Shown: positions 1 through 13,473, counted from the whole stretch's first letter. The stretch is 56,915 nt of DNA, filler included, from Trichosphaerium sp. ATCC 40318 (GCA_038496445.1; 2 parts of 2 records of this genome joined end to end with filler, not necessarily neighbours in it), one strand, 5' to 3'. Numbers and translations: made by a program. The notes: generated from the letters alone by a model not told the origin.

Positions 1-1030
1 GTGGTGGTGCGTACCTTGTTTTGTCAAAAAAAAACACGTGCTCTTATCGAAGGTTTGCCAAAAAAAATCTGCTTTTTGCATTTGACTCACAAAATAGTTG
101 CCTATCATTGGATAATTTGCTTGCCAGATAAAACTTCGTCAATGACGTTCTTTGGTTATTTGCAATTGCTACAAAGTCGGCTTTAACGCTATCACTAAGA
201 AAGAATTATAACATTCTTGTCCTCAAACGGTCTGCTATTGTCCTTACTTTGCATTGCCAATTATTTATCCCATCACTTGATACCAACAACGCTTCCTGTT
301 AATCAGAAGAAGGAGTAAAGGCACTCAATAATATTTTGGGAAACGTACAGACTAAACAATGACGTCTGTCATTTCAGTAAGCTGTTTTGAGTGTCGCAAT
401 CCACTATGGATCACTGTCACAACTCATGTTAAGTCTTGTTTTGGTTGTCAATTTATACATGCGCTCAACTATCACAGCGCAACAATTAACCATTTATGTT
501 TAAGAATTGTAGTATTACAGTCAATAGTTTACAAATAAGACAGCTCGCAGTAATTCGTTGTTGAAGATTATGTGTACTTTAGTCTAAATCGTATTAGGTC
601 CCTATCGTCCATTGACTCCTTAAAAACAACAACAACACATATTGGAGGAGCCTATCTCTTGGCTTGGTCACGAAGCCTGAGATCGTTGTTTTATTCACGG
701 TCAAACAAGAAAACTACAAACAACTTTTCTAGTACATCATAGTCATTGCGTAATTGCATCCAGATTACTCTGGTCTGCCCAAATCACAAAGCGGTATGCT
801 TTCTGTTGTTTGCTTGGACACGTGCTTAACTCTCTTTTATTAGCCACCATTCAAACATTTAAGTGCTCAAGCACAAGATATATTCAATGCTCACCGGAGG
901 CTTCCAACCAAGACTTTAGAGGTACGCAAGAATTTTCAACTTTTTGGAAATAAAAGATTGCTGCAGAATTTTTTTAAGTGCTTTCCATATTATTCTGCCA
1001 TTGCTTGAACAACATTTGCAAGAGTAAACG

Positions 1031-1458
1031 ATGCTTAATTCTTCAGAGTATGTTCTTGCACATTAATTAGGCCGTTTATGGCTCAATTAAACATAAACCC
1101 TGCTTATTGTGCTGACTATATGCGTAGGCCATTAGAATTGGTGTATCTGCCAACAGAAATTATATTTTGTATCCTGGCGTTGTTGGGTAAGAAATGCCGT
1201 ATATCTGCAACGTTTGTTTGTAAACTCTTCTCTACGATCATTCTAGAGCATTTGGGGTATTTAAAGGTGACTGTCAAGTCAAGAGAAAATCTACTCAAAC
1301 TAAATGGAAGTCCTCTTTTGAAAAATACAAAAATACTTATTCGAGGCAATTTTACAATGAGTGATGATGACTTTAAAACTCTCTCTAGTATCCGTAACCT
1401 CCATATAATGGATAAAATTCCATTAGATCGGATTTTTGTAAGCACTTTCCACAAATAA
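1031..1458 (+). pseudogene. Truncated F-box/LRR family paralog (exon 1 1031-1047, intron 1048-1127, exon 2 1128-1458)
   Basis: Spliced MLNSSE-PLELVYLPTEIIFCILALLGKKCRISATFVCKLF is an F-box-like motif, near-identical to the 24048-25447 gene. It stops after the first LRR. Confidence 0.75.
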
Positions 1459-2607
1459 AAAAAAACCCTCAGAACAAGGTTGGTTTACTTTCAGACAGAG
1501 TACTATATTTCTTGTTTGGCTAGCTTATTTTACATTTCATCTACTTTGCGTTATATACGTGAGCTATGACATCTTTGGTGAATGTATCACTCACACCTTC
1601 TAAATTATTGTTTTCTCTTCTTATTTTTGTATCTAAAAACAATACTATAGGCCTACTCCCAAATCGAACTAAAGCCATAACAAACATTACAATTGTGAAA
1701 AAAACCCAATTTTATTGTGCATAAGAATTGTTTTTGCTTATATGAAGGGTCACACAACTCTCCAAGGTCACCACCATCCTCAGCTTCGTATTCTGAAAGC
1801 CTGCTTCTTTCTTTGCTTGTATCAAGCGGTTTTTGACATTCAGCATGAGCTTCAGTGTTCCAAAAGGTACTGGTGTCATCATCTTGCTCCAAACTTTCAT
1901 TCAGGTATACAGCCTTTGTATAGTACTCCACTCCTACTACCGACCTAAAACTCAACTGCCCTTCTTGCCTACGTATCAAACATAAACTAATTTCAAAGCC
2001 GTTGAGAGCATGCAGAACTTTAAAAAGCATGTGGAGCCATGGTACAACACCAACAAAATCTCACACTTTTAAATGAAAAGCTAATTTTAATCACCGGCAT
2101 GAAATAGCAGGCATCTAAAGGAGAAACATCATTGCACTTTACAACATGATGTGGGTTAAAACAAAATCCTACTCGCTAGCTTGTTTCAATTATTTTTTAT
2201 GCCTCAATTAGAAGAAACATTTACTGATTTTTTTTTTCTTTGATGTGTTTTAAAACTCAAAACCAGTAATATTGACTTAAGTGACGTGTTTGATATCGTA
2301 TACGCTCTTGTGCTGTACAAAATGCCATGTACTAGCCATGCTCCATATACTTACACAATTATAGGTAGTCTGAACGGACGAAAAACGTCCACATTGTCGC
2401 CTTCTGTTGCTTGTATTTCAGCACTATCATTTTTTGTTGCTAGTTCAAATGCTTCTTTTGTTGTCACTTGTCTTCCTTCTTCTAAAATAGGCTTATTTCT
2501 TGCAAACTTCAGTATTGAATGCTAGTTTATTAACATTCTACGTTAAGTTTCCAAACTTCCTTTATATCAAACGTCCATAAAACTGTAGCACAACAAACAA
2601 CACAGTT

Positions 2608-3922
2608 TTATTTTCTTTGTTTTTCATGTATTTTGGCTAGTGCATCTCCAACGACTTGTTCAAATGCCATTGGTTCATATTTTATTTCCTCTGCCGTATC
2701 GGTTATACATGCCATCACGTGATCAGGTCTAGGAGATCCAAAAAAAGCTATTGACATACGCTCCTTAATAAAACAAGTAAGTATATAAGACCGCTAGAAT
2801 CTTGACATACAGCTTCCTCTTTAGCCCATCTTACTCTATGTGGTGTCGGTCTCCATCTGTCGTTAGTCCATCTACCCATTACCATGCCTAAGTTTACAAA
2901 CAAAGCGTTAGGAACAGGATCAGCGAAGACCTAAAGGTAGAGTCTCGTCAGATTACAAATGCAAATGGTTGTTCATTTAGTACCCATTCGTTGTTCGTTT
3001 TTTGGACCTCTAAAGATTCTTTAACATCACTCATTGCTAGAATAGTGACAGTAGTAAAATCAAAGTGCTCAGCCATTCTCAGTTGGTTTCCTTTTGGCTT
3101 AACTTTAGGGTATTTGTACGCTTTCAGCAAATGTCCTCCGTCCACATGAGGCTCAAGAAGATCTTTCGGCTCTACTTTCAATGCAGCTGCTGAAATCCTT
3201 CATCATATTAGAATAGTTGTGCCATCACATGCTCTTGAAAAACAAAAAGAATACTACTCTAACAAGATACCTCAACAACTTGAACAACAAGTTCCTTACA
3301 GAGTAGTAGTAATCTCTTATGGCTATATCGTGGTCATGAGATGTAGGTGGTAAATTGCTATCATAGAGCAGGTGCGAAGCCAGCTCTTTTGGAGGCGAAG
3401 TGAACGGACCAACACTAAATTTTTCAAGTGGGTCATTTGGTAGTCCAGGTCTTCCCTGATTTCACGTGTTAGCTAACGTTAGTAACGGGTACTAGATAAA
3501 TGCGTACAAATACAGCATTAATGTTTTCGCCTTCCACAGGAGAATATCCGCGACCAAAAAAGCTCTTTTTGATGAACTTCGTTTTCTCCTCAAGAGGTTT
3601 ACTGAAAAACTTTTCAGACTCGTTAAACATGTTGTCTATGATGCTTGGATCAATACCATGACCAGTGACATAAAGGCATCCGATATTGGTAAACGCTATA
3701 CAGCGTCAGAAGAGCAGGTTTAAGTTTTCAAAATAGTTATTAAAGGTACCATTTTCAACTGCATCTACGACTTCTTGTTTTCTGTCTGAAGAACCAGAGA
3801 AGAAAGGAGAAATATCTACTACAGCGAGACCGTTTTCAAGAGTCCCTATTAAACAATATTAGTTGTACGCTAAAGTAAATCAATTGCGTACTACAAACAG
3901 ATTGTTGATGATTTGAAGCCAT
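2608..3922 (-). CDS. 2-oxoglutarate/Fe(II)-dependent dioxygenase (IPNS/DIOX-like), multi-exon
   Basis: Spliced exons give VDISPF...GCLYVTGHG, RGYS, HFD (HxD), NDRWRPTPHRV (distal His) and ERMSIAFF (RxS). ATG 3922, TAA 2608-2610. Confidence 0.88.
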
Positions 3923-4430
3923 GTTGCTGAAATAGTGTTTGTTTGTTTAAGGGCGACCAGACACGTGCTCAACAGTGGACAATAGTAAATCGCGTGATCA
4001 GTACGTGTGCTATGCACTGATTATGATCAAGTAAGTACACATTTCATTAGTTGAAACTGTAACATTATGGAGTATTCCTGGAACGTAGTTTGAAAAATAT
4101 CACGTGATTTAAAGTAACGTTCTTCCATACGAATATACGCAAATTCATATTCACGACAAAGAACCTTAGTATTTATTCAAATAATTCATATTATTCCTGG
4201 CGATACCTATTCAGACTCTTGGAGTTTGCTGCAGTGAAGTTTGCAAAAAAAGTTGTTTGGTGTTTTCTTCACAATCACCTACTTTTCAAGAGTTCTAAAC
4301 TCTCTAAATGGCTGTAATATTTGATTTGAATCTATTGATGGTTGAAAACCAACAATCAAGCGTGTTTAGCTACGGTATGTTAAAACACTTCTTAACCCTA
4401 TTGATAAAAATCCATGCTTAATTTTTGTAG

Positions 4431-4764
4431 CTCTGTTGGACCTATCTTACTGATAATATTGTACCATCAAGTTTCAGTCTTCCTGAAGTCCCAACTGTAA
4501 GTAATTCAACAGTGGACGCATTTGTAGCTAGAACACGTACGTCATGTTTTAATCTAATGTTCAACGTTGTCTAACATTTGAACTGTAGAGGCAGACGCTA
4601 ATGCACTTATTGATGGACAAACAGCTTTTGTTGCAGTTGAGCTAGGAAATGCTTACGCTTTGCTATTTTATACATTTCTCATTGTGATTGTCGGTGCTTG
4701 TATATGGTTTTATTATATACGTCGTTCTAAACAAGTAACAATGAAGGGAAGCGATCATGTGTAG
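4431..4764 (+). CDS. 3' exons of a small single-pass membrane protein; 5' end unresolved, possibly a pseudogene
   Basis: Two exons splice to ...AYALLFYTFLIVIVGACIWFYYIRRSK...* (TM helix plus basic stop-transfer). The upstream exon has in-frame stops. Confidence 0.35.
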
Positions 4765-5322
4765 AAACAAAAAACAAATACAAACTAATGTAAATAAAAT
4801 AAATAAAACTAAAAGCCCGAAAGTACCCTTCCTTAACACAAAATATTTCGTCTTGTGAAGGCAGATTACTTGTTAAAATTGAGTTGTTTTGATATCATAT
4901 TAGTTGATTATTATGTTTACCCACGTGCATGATCTACATATGGGCTGGTTAAATCACGTGGTTTGAAACGGTTAGATTCACAAAAAAGAAAATTTTCGAC
5001 TTGAAAAGCGCAGTAGCAACGTAAAATTACAACGTACTATGCGCGGGTAAATGGGCGGTTAATTTAGCCTAACTAGAATTGACCAGAGCCAGAAAAACGC
5101 TTTTTTTTGTTAGTGACAGCCTTACTTGATGGACAACAGTACTGCTTTCAAAACAGTAGCGTACCTGTATGCTAAAATTCATTTTGTATGTTGATTTCGG
5201 GTGGTTAGCGTTATTGTCGTTACTAGTTGAGGAAAAAACGAATTTAGTCACGTGACGTCCTGTAAAAATATTCCGATCATCTAACAATAATAATAACAAA
5301 CGTTCAAGCGTATATTAGCAAA

Positions 5323-6643
5323 ATGAGTGAAGAAGAGACTAGCCAGAACATTAGTGACCTTGTCGCGCTCCCCGTTGAACTAATAGTTCATATTCTCAAA
5401 CAAGGCACTTTTACACTTCGTTTCGCACAAACTTGCCGCTTCTTGCGGGATATTGTCCATAACCATGTCGGATATGATCGAATTATTGTTAAAAGCACTA
5501 CCGAGGTGACGATGCTTTCTGGCAGTCCTTTATTGCAGAATACACCCATTCTGTTCTATGGGTATAGAGATGTAAACGACAATCAGTTGAGGTTACTAGC
5601 GGGAGTACATACAATCAATTTTTCCTGTTGTGAATCAATAACAGACGAAGGCATCAAAGCATTGGCAGGTGTACACACTATAGATTTAGGTTTTTGTGAA
5701 TCAATAACAGATAAAGGCATTAAGTCATTGGCTGGAGTACATGACATTGGATTATCAAGTACAAACGTAACAGACGAAGGTTTGAAGGCGTTAGCAGGTG
5801 TACACTCTATCTATTTATATGGTTGTCTATCGATAACAGACGAAGGCATCAAGGCGTTGGTTGGTGTACACACGATTGCGTTAGTAGACACCAAGGTAAC
5901 TAATGAAGGATTGAAGGCATTGGCAGGCGTACACACTATCAATTTGTGTCGCTGCAATGTAACTCATGAGGGCATCAAGGCGTTGGTTGGTGTACACAAA
6001 ATTAATTTATCGTATACAAAGGTAACAGATAAAGCTTTGAAGGCCTTGAAAGGTGTCCACACTATCCAGTTGTATAGATGTAAATCAATAACAAATGAAG
6101 GCATTAAGTCATTGGCTGGAGTCTATGGCATTGGATTATCAGAGACAACTCGATTTGATTATGAGCTAAAAAAACATGGAAAATGGGTTATACATGATGC
6201 AACAAACCATGTTTCGAAGCAAGTCTTACCGTGGATAACTACAAAACGACAAGAATATTATTGGAAACATGGTAAGCTTAACGGACAACGTAAATGGTAT
6301 GCAAATGGTCAAATAGCTGAGGAGCTTATTGTCAATGATATTGGTGATGGAGAGTTTAAACGATGGCATACAAACGGTCAAATGTGGGATAAGTTTCAAA
6401 TCGCTAATGGTAAACAAGAAGGTGATCACAAGAATGGTTTAAGAACGGGCAATTATTAAGACTTTGTCATCGTGTTAAGGTAAACTACATGGATTAGAAA
6501 TGGAATGGTATGATAATGGCCAACTGAAAAAGGAGTGCACATACGTTAATGGAATACGTCATGGACAGTATAAGTTTTGGACAAAGAGTGGTACATTGAA
6601 ACAGCAAAGCGTCTATGTCATTGGTACATGTACTGACCAATAA
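5323..6643 (+). CDS. F-box-like + ~8 LRR + MORN-variant repeat protein; ORF ends 6459, MORN tail continues to 6643 across two frameshifts
   Basis: LVALPVELIVHIL (F-box-like); repeats ITDEGIKALAGVHTIxL; then WYANGQ/WHTNGQ and, frameshifted, EWFKNGQ, EWYDNGQLKKECTYVNGIRHG. Confidence 0.8.
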
Positions 6644-6889
6644 AGTCAAAAGAGTTTTGTAAAATGTCTTGTGTATTGTGCTATTTACAATATTGCTTTA
6701 ATGTTGAAGAGACTTGGAATCTATGGGCTCTGCCCATGCAGTTTTAAATGCTGCTTGTGTCGCCACTGAAAGAGGTGTGGATGTTCGAGTATAGTGGGTA
6801 AGGTTGTGTAGTAAGTATCATTACATTACATGACTTAAGCATCCTTACAAATCTAGAGTGTAAATATACAGTTTTGAGTAAGCAAGTTT

Positions 6890-8161
6890 CTATGGCAAAT
6901 ACGTAGAGGAAAACGCTTCTTGCCACATATTAAAGGACTGGTTTGTGATTTTTACAATGCATCCTAGAGAGTCAACCATCTTCTTTGTTATATGAGTACC
7001 ATCACAATAAATGTAATCAAGGCTTGTTAAACCAACAATTCCATCATCTGTGATTTGTGAGCAGTACTCTAGAGATAATTGCTTAACACCAATAAGACTG
7101 TTCACTCCTTTATCTGTTATGTGGTTACAATTGTGAAGGCTTATGACTTTAACACCAACCAAGTATCTTAAACCTTCATCTGTTACAGATGTGCGATTAA
7201 GAAAAATTGCATGTACTCCAGCAAGTGCCTTCAAAGTAGTATCATTAACACAGTCAAGATACGAAATATCAATGACTTTTACACCTGCCAATTGTTTTAT
7301 CCCATCATTTGTTACTAATCTACAACCAGCCAAGGCAATGCGACGTACTCCTACCAAACATGATAGAGTATCATCTTTAATATGTGTATAACCAAGCCCT
7401 ATACAAGGTATACCAGCCAAAAGTTGTAACACATTGTTTGATATTTGAGTACAGCGATTAAGATTAATTTTTTTGATTTTGTTTGTTGTTTGATTTTGTG
7501 TTAGCAGATACTTTACTCCTTCATCTGTAATGAGTTTACACCCACCAAAAGATATTTCAGTTGCATTTGTTAGTGCTCTTACACTTTTATCTGTAATACA
7601 ACAGCATCAAGCTTTATCTTGTGTACACTACCTGCAATGGCAATGACACCTTTGTCTGTAATATAGTAGCAATATGTTAAGTTAATGGTGTGAACCCCAG
7701 CAAGCGCTTCAAGTCCTTTATCTCTTATATTTGTACGTGTAACATCAATTGTATGAATACCATGAAGTGATTTAAATCCAAAATGTATGAACTTGCATCG
7801 AAATTTTCTTATTCGTAGTTGCAGATGATGTACACCTGAAATATGTTCTAACATAACATCTGTAAATGAAATCCTCTGATCTTTTATTTCAAGGTGATGG
7901 ACACCAGAGAGATTTTTAAAGTCATCATCAGTCATTTTCAAATGATTAATAAGTATTTTAGTATTTTTCAAAAGAGGACTTCCACACAGCGTGACTAGAT
8001 TTTCTCTTGACTTGACAGTCACCGTTAAATACCCCAAATGATTTAGAATGATTGTAGAAAAGACTTTACAAACAAATGTGGCAGATATACGGCATTTCTT
8101 GCCCAAAAACGCCAGAATACAAAATATAATTTCTGTCGGTAGCTGAAGCAATTCAAATGGC
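6890..8161 (-). pseudogene. F-box/LRR paralog with 1-bp frameshift near 7606 and no in-frame ATG in exon 1
   Basis: ORFs 7579-8151 and 6890-7432 are collinear with 24048-25338. KIKLDHCC becomes KIKLDAVV* by a 1-nt deletion. Same intron (8231-8162). Confidence 0.8.
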
Positions 8162-8839
8162 CTGGTAATACGTAATTAGGAAAGATTGTGGTTTAGCGAG
8201 TAAAAAGCTAGGCTATTGTAAAAAAACGCACTCTAGTGTTGCACAGTAAGACCTTGTGTTTTATTTCCTTATAAAAACAGTTTTTCAAGGCACGGGAGGG
8301 AAATAAAAAGGTGAAGATTTTGAAGTGTAATTGTAAACAGCAAATCTTTTTCCAATGCTGCTTTTTTATTTGAAAAAAAATCAGTCTTGACTGTCTCTAA
8401 CAGCTGTTCTTTAGCAAAACACAAGCATACCTCAATTTTTCTACAATCCCAATCGCTGCCGGAGTTACTATGAAACCGGATATTGTGGATACGGCAACCT
8501 CTGCAGGTGGGAACACGGAGAAACTGACTGGCTTCCAAAATACAAGCAAAATGAAGTTTGCGAAGGAAAAGAAAAAACAATTGAGACTATGCGTGACGAC
8601 CCCTTTATTGCTAGATACGGCCAACGAAAACGTGGACTACAATAAAATGTATGCACTTTTAACAAATACTGTCATGTCGCACATGTGTTCTAATGTGATA
8701 AGGTTGAACAATTTAGACCTTCCAAATTCGATCAGAAACCAATATTGTACGCCAGAAAAGGAAACCACGTGTAGCTCCATTTGAGCATATTGTATTACAA
8801 AGAATACAGATTACACTAAATAGAAGTATACCCTTAAAT

Positions 8840-9430
8840 CTACGTATCTACAGTTCCTGGGTTGCGAAGAATCTCTCCTTCATATGTTTTGAGTTGTTTC
8901 ATAAATCCATCATTTGGCTCTACAAACGGCCTCACGGTTCTAATGTGATCTATAGCTTGTTTTATACCGTAACCTTCAACATTCATCATGTATGCAATAA
9001 CTATAGTAGGTGCTCTACTTGCTCCAGCGCCACTAAAAACCACAATTAACGAGTCACATTTTCGTTGAAGTTATGTTCAAAGTATTTTGCTCTTCTTACA
9101 TACCAATGAACTAAAACTCGTCCTTTGTTCTCTAGCGCTTCTGAAATGAACATATTACACTCTTGAAAGTGTTCCCGGATGTTTGTCTTTTCATTATCCC
9201 AGAATGTAAGTACTTTGTACTTAAAACAGTCTACGAATGGAGGAAAAGGCATTGTATCGCATATCATCACAATATGGGTTATTTTATTTTTATCAAGCGC
9301 TTTTTTATCGTTAGCATCGCTTCTTGAGCCCTTTCAGTGCGTTAGAATGTGGTTTTAATGAAAAGAAATGTATGAATGGACAGAATTGTTTATGACGTAC
9401 TAAAAACAGACCAGGCAATACTTCATTCAT
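8840..9430 (-). CDS. Atypical dual-specificity protein phosphatase
   Basis: MNEVLPGLFLGS...ITHIV, FWD, spliced VHCGAGASRAPTIVIAYMM (HCxxGxSR), RPFVEPNDGFMKQL. Confidence 0.88.
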
Positions 9431-9668
9431 TGCTTGTACGTGTGTTGTATTATTAACTTGTAATAAATAGGTGGCACAAAACCCCGATTGTTCAGTGAAC
9501 TACTTTAAGTTTAACAGCAATCATGTTTTACATCTCTCGTAGTCAATAACGTGATTTTACTATTATTCACAATCACGCGTGTTACCAGTTGCAACAACCA
9601 TCAATATATACAAACAGAAGTAAAGGAGAACAAAGAAAGACATGATAATTAAGAACTTTTTTTTTGCT

Positions 9669-12503
9669 TTATTGTTTAGCTTTACCAGCCTGTAGAATCT
9701 CGTCTACCAAAAGCAAATTCGTTGCAACACTGATAGCAGAGTGAAGAAGTTGTCTTTTAACTCTGTAAATATCATAGACGCCAGCAGCTTCAGGGGACAT
9801 TGGCTTACCACTCCAGATATCAAGTCTTTAAATAAAACAGTAAGAACAAGCTTGGGAAATTATTTTTCTAATTGTTTTTTTCAAAGTAATATATTGGCTC
9901 CTGCAGAAGGAAAAACTACGTTTAATATCCGTAGAGCGCCATCCAAGAAGCCGTAATGTGCACGCACAGAAGAAGAAAAAAAAGAGAAAACACAAGGCGA
10001 GAAAAAGAGATGAGAGAAAAATAGTGAAAATCAATTTTGTTTCATGATAACATACCCAACGCAGTGACCCTTTTTATGTTCAGATTTAAGTGCCAACAAT
10101 GCATCAATTTGGTCAATACCAGAGTTAACAGCAAGAGTCTTTGGGATAGCCAAGAGAGCATCTGCAAGGCATTCTACACCAAGACGTTTACGGCCTTCTA
10201 CAGATGAAGCAAATTCATGCAAGAAAGCAGAACATGCCATTTCAAAAGCACCACCACCCTAAAAACCGGCGAGTCAGAATCGAGCGAGTACAGTTCACCG
10301 AACAGCGAAATAAAGAAACATTTCAAAAAAAAAACAACAAAATTGATTGATTTTGAAAATGTTCAAGAAAGAAGGCGTACAGGGACAACACATTTATCAT
10401 CAATGGTGTTTTTAACAGCACGAAGACCATCACGGATAGCATCCTTAATTTGATAGATAGTATGCTTGTTAGGACCTAGAGAGAAAGTCAAAAAAAATCC
10501 TTTTAAAAAAAATGCGATAAAACCAGAATACTTCAAGCTTCGTACCTTTAATCAAGATACTGCAAGAGTTTGGATTTTTGACGTCCTTTACAAAAGTGTA
10601 TTTCTCCTCTCCGAGAACTTGAGTGTAAACAGTACCGGCTTGACCCAAAACTTCTGGGGAAATATCTTCCAAGGAGTTTACGGCAGTACTAAAGGAAAAA
10701 TGTTAAAAACGAACATAAAAAAAAAAAAGAAAACAGACGTACCCGCCACAGGCAAGCATGAGACGTTCCATGTTTCTACGCTTAGCACGTCTGAGGGCCA
10801 TAATACCTTCTTTAGCGAGCATATCAAGGCTCATAGGGTCAATACCCTACAAAGAAAGATTAGCTGAAACATCTCCACAAAAAAGAAGCTTGGTCCAAAT
10901 TTGTGCAGTTTTTATGTTTTAAAGCGCTTACCTTTTGGTTGATAATGACGAATCCTTTGTCTTCAGTATCACATACTTGTCTCTTAAGTTCGATGATCTT
11001 TCTTACCTTATCATCACAAAATTTACGTTCACCTTCAACGAGTTTCTGACGTTGTTCAGCAGATTCCCAACTGGCTTCTAAAGAAAAAAAAAATAATAAA
11101 CACATGCCCAACATGTTACTTTAAAACATTTTCTTATTAAATGAGGGGGTTTAAAATCAGCTATCTATGGGTTTGAGTTTCATCGTCAAAGAACTTACGA
11201 AGACCGTCGTTGTTTCATCATTTAAACAAAAAATCGAAAAAAAAAAAAAAACCAAACAACCGAGAAAATAAAACTTTGTTGGAAGAAAAATGGCGTACCA
11301 TTGTTAGTATCAGCTTTCTCGAACTCAAGGGATACGTTACAGGTGAGAATAAAGCACTAGTTATAAAAATGAGATAAAAAGAAAGCGATGTAAATGAAAT
11401 AAAATTAAAGTACGTTTTTAAGACGTTTTGGCATCTCTGGGTGTCTAGGACCGTGATCCAATACTAAACCCTTTACTAGTTGAGTGTCTACATCTGATTT
11501 ATGTTGCATAGCTTGGATTTCAACCTATACATTACGTCAAAACAAGAGTATCGAGCAAAAGAAAGTTGCAATCAAATTTTAAGCAAGATAGAAAATCCGC
11601 GCTTAAGGAGTTGTGCGTTTTTCTATTTCGCGAGAATCTAGTATCGTACCATGTGTAAATCGATTGGTTTTTCACCTTGTTTGACGCATAGAATGGCATC
11701 AACAACAACAGGCGTTAAAACGTTAGCGAGCTTGGCATGAACTTTAGTTGCCAAAGATGCGTTTGCTACGCATGACAAGAGTTCGTTGGTCATCTCTTCT
11801 GGTTTCTAAAAGCGTACCTGTCAGTCACGTAGAAAAATTAAAAAAAAACATTTGAAAACCCGCGTTAAACCACTGACGCTTACCTTTTGGATGGCGCATT
11901 TGTCTAAAAATTCCAATGCCTTTCGCTCAGCGAGGTGGATACCGTCTGCGAGAGCCCGTGGGTGAACACCTTCTGCCAACCATCGGCTAGCCTGAAAAGT
12001 GTCAGACGCGATGTAATAGTACGTTGTCGCTTACTTGGGAGAGGATTTCGCCAATAATGATGACATTGGACGTTGTACCATCACCTGTAATTTTATCTTG
12101 TGCTACAGCGCTGCGAGCGATTAAACTGGCGGTAGGGTGGTTTATGTGCTAGTAAATTACTTAGATGAAAATAACTGCGATTTAGGCGAGATCTAGAATA
12201 CAGCGTTGATGGCTAATGTACGCACCATTTCTTTGAGTAATACGTTTCCATCCTTTGTCAATTTAATATCGCCAGCACCAGAAACCAACCTTGAAGCCGT
12301 GTGAGGAAAATCAGTGTTTAGTGCCCCTGAGCGCTTCAAATCGCTCCAAATTACGGTATATCGTACATTTTGAGTGTTCCTCTTGGTCCTAGGTTAGAGG
12401 CGAGAATTTTTTGCAAGCTCTTCGCTGAGTTAATATTAATGAGCAGAGCATGCTGTGCGCTGGCAATTTGAGCGTCCTTGCTAACGAGCTTGAGGGCAGA
12501 CAT
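9669..12503 (-). CDS. CCT6: T-complex protein 1 subunit zeta (CCT chaperonin), multi-exon
   Basis: [83 protein letters not shown]; all characteristic of CCT-zeta. Confidence 0.95.
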
Positions 12504-12798
12504 GTTGTACAGGGTGTAAAAAAGAACAACAAAAAAATCTTTAAATTTCTACAAAAAACACTTAAAGAACCCGTTCATCAAACCCTCTCAAGGTGTACAT
12601 GTACACCATAAAAACACTGTCTCACAACAAGCATGCTGAAATATTTCGGCTTCCTCTGAAATGACTTGACATTACATCTTGAGGGAAAATACCGTACAAA
12701 ACTTTTTCGGTTTTTTTTTTGTTTGTAGCGAACTAAGTTCAGCGTCCTGCTGTGTCACTCCTGTATATAACCATCGCTTGTATCCACGCGTATTTTAA

Positions 12799-13455
12799 AT
12801 GGAGACAGCCGAGAAAGTGTGGCAGGTGCTCGTCACTGGCTTATGGGGTAGTCGTGAGGGCGTTCTTCGCCTGCATGGCATAATAAACGTAACTTACGGT
12901 ATTGCTGCTTTGCTATCACCTACTATGGTGTTTCAGCATTTATATTCCGCTTCAGACAGTACGTAGATCAATATTATATTAATACAAGCGTTTTGGCTAA
13001 CAAAAGCGTAGTAATGTTCAGAACACTTGATTATTACTTGATGTGGGTACGTATAACGCAATGCTAGCTTTTCGTAGGCTTATACAACTGTCAGGATATT
13101 TTCGCTTGTCAGTGCCTGCCTTTAGGTGCACTTCAGCTATACGCATCGACTTCAAAGGAAGAAGACTTAAAAAAGGTACGTTGTCACTCAATAAACAAGA
13201 TTTCACTTATTGTTCGTGTCACTAAACAATTTCGCTTACAAATATCAGCTGGTAATCGCTTCATCTTTCTTTACACGCTCAGTATACGTTTTCTGCATAT
13301 TCTTTTATCCACTAGCCCACAATTTCGATTTTGGTTACCTGGTTGATAGGCCAATATCTGCGTTCTATAAGGTCGAAAGGATTTGGAGTTACTACTCAAT
13401 TTATCAACATTTTTATTGGGCTTTCTTACATGACGTATCAGACTATTTTATGTAA
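12799..13455 (+). CDS. Putative small multi-pass membrane protein, multi-exon; one junction near 13047-13077 is unresolved
   Basis: METAEKVWQVLVTGLWG...VTYGIAALLSP, LPLGALQLYAS, LVIASSFFTRSVYVFCIFFY; GTACGT donors. Confidence 0.4.
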
Positions 13456-13473
13456 CATCAACACTTGTATAAA

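Noticed and set aside
1653-2160. Minus-strand ORF with acidic and Cys-rich stretches
   Set aside because: Cannot build a consistent gene model or assign a family.
6890-8161. DGR-type mutagenesis as the source of LRR variation
   Set aside because: Differences are not adenine-restricted, and no reverse transcriptase or template repeat is visible.
5323-8161. Endogenous giant-virus segment
   Set aside because: No viral core genes; the family carries spliceosomal introns and lies among host housekeeping genes.
8470-8784. 104-aa ORF and overlapping antisense ORFs
   Set aside because: No recognisable motif, splice context or paralog in the window.
4300-13050. In-frame TGA codons in two small gene models (near 4336 and 13028) as stop-codon reassignment
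   Set aside because: Conserved genes here use TGG for Trp and some genes end in TGA; decay or wrong models explain it better.
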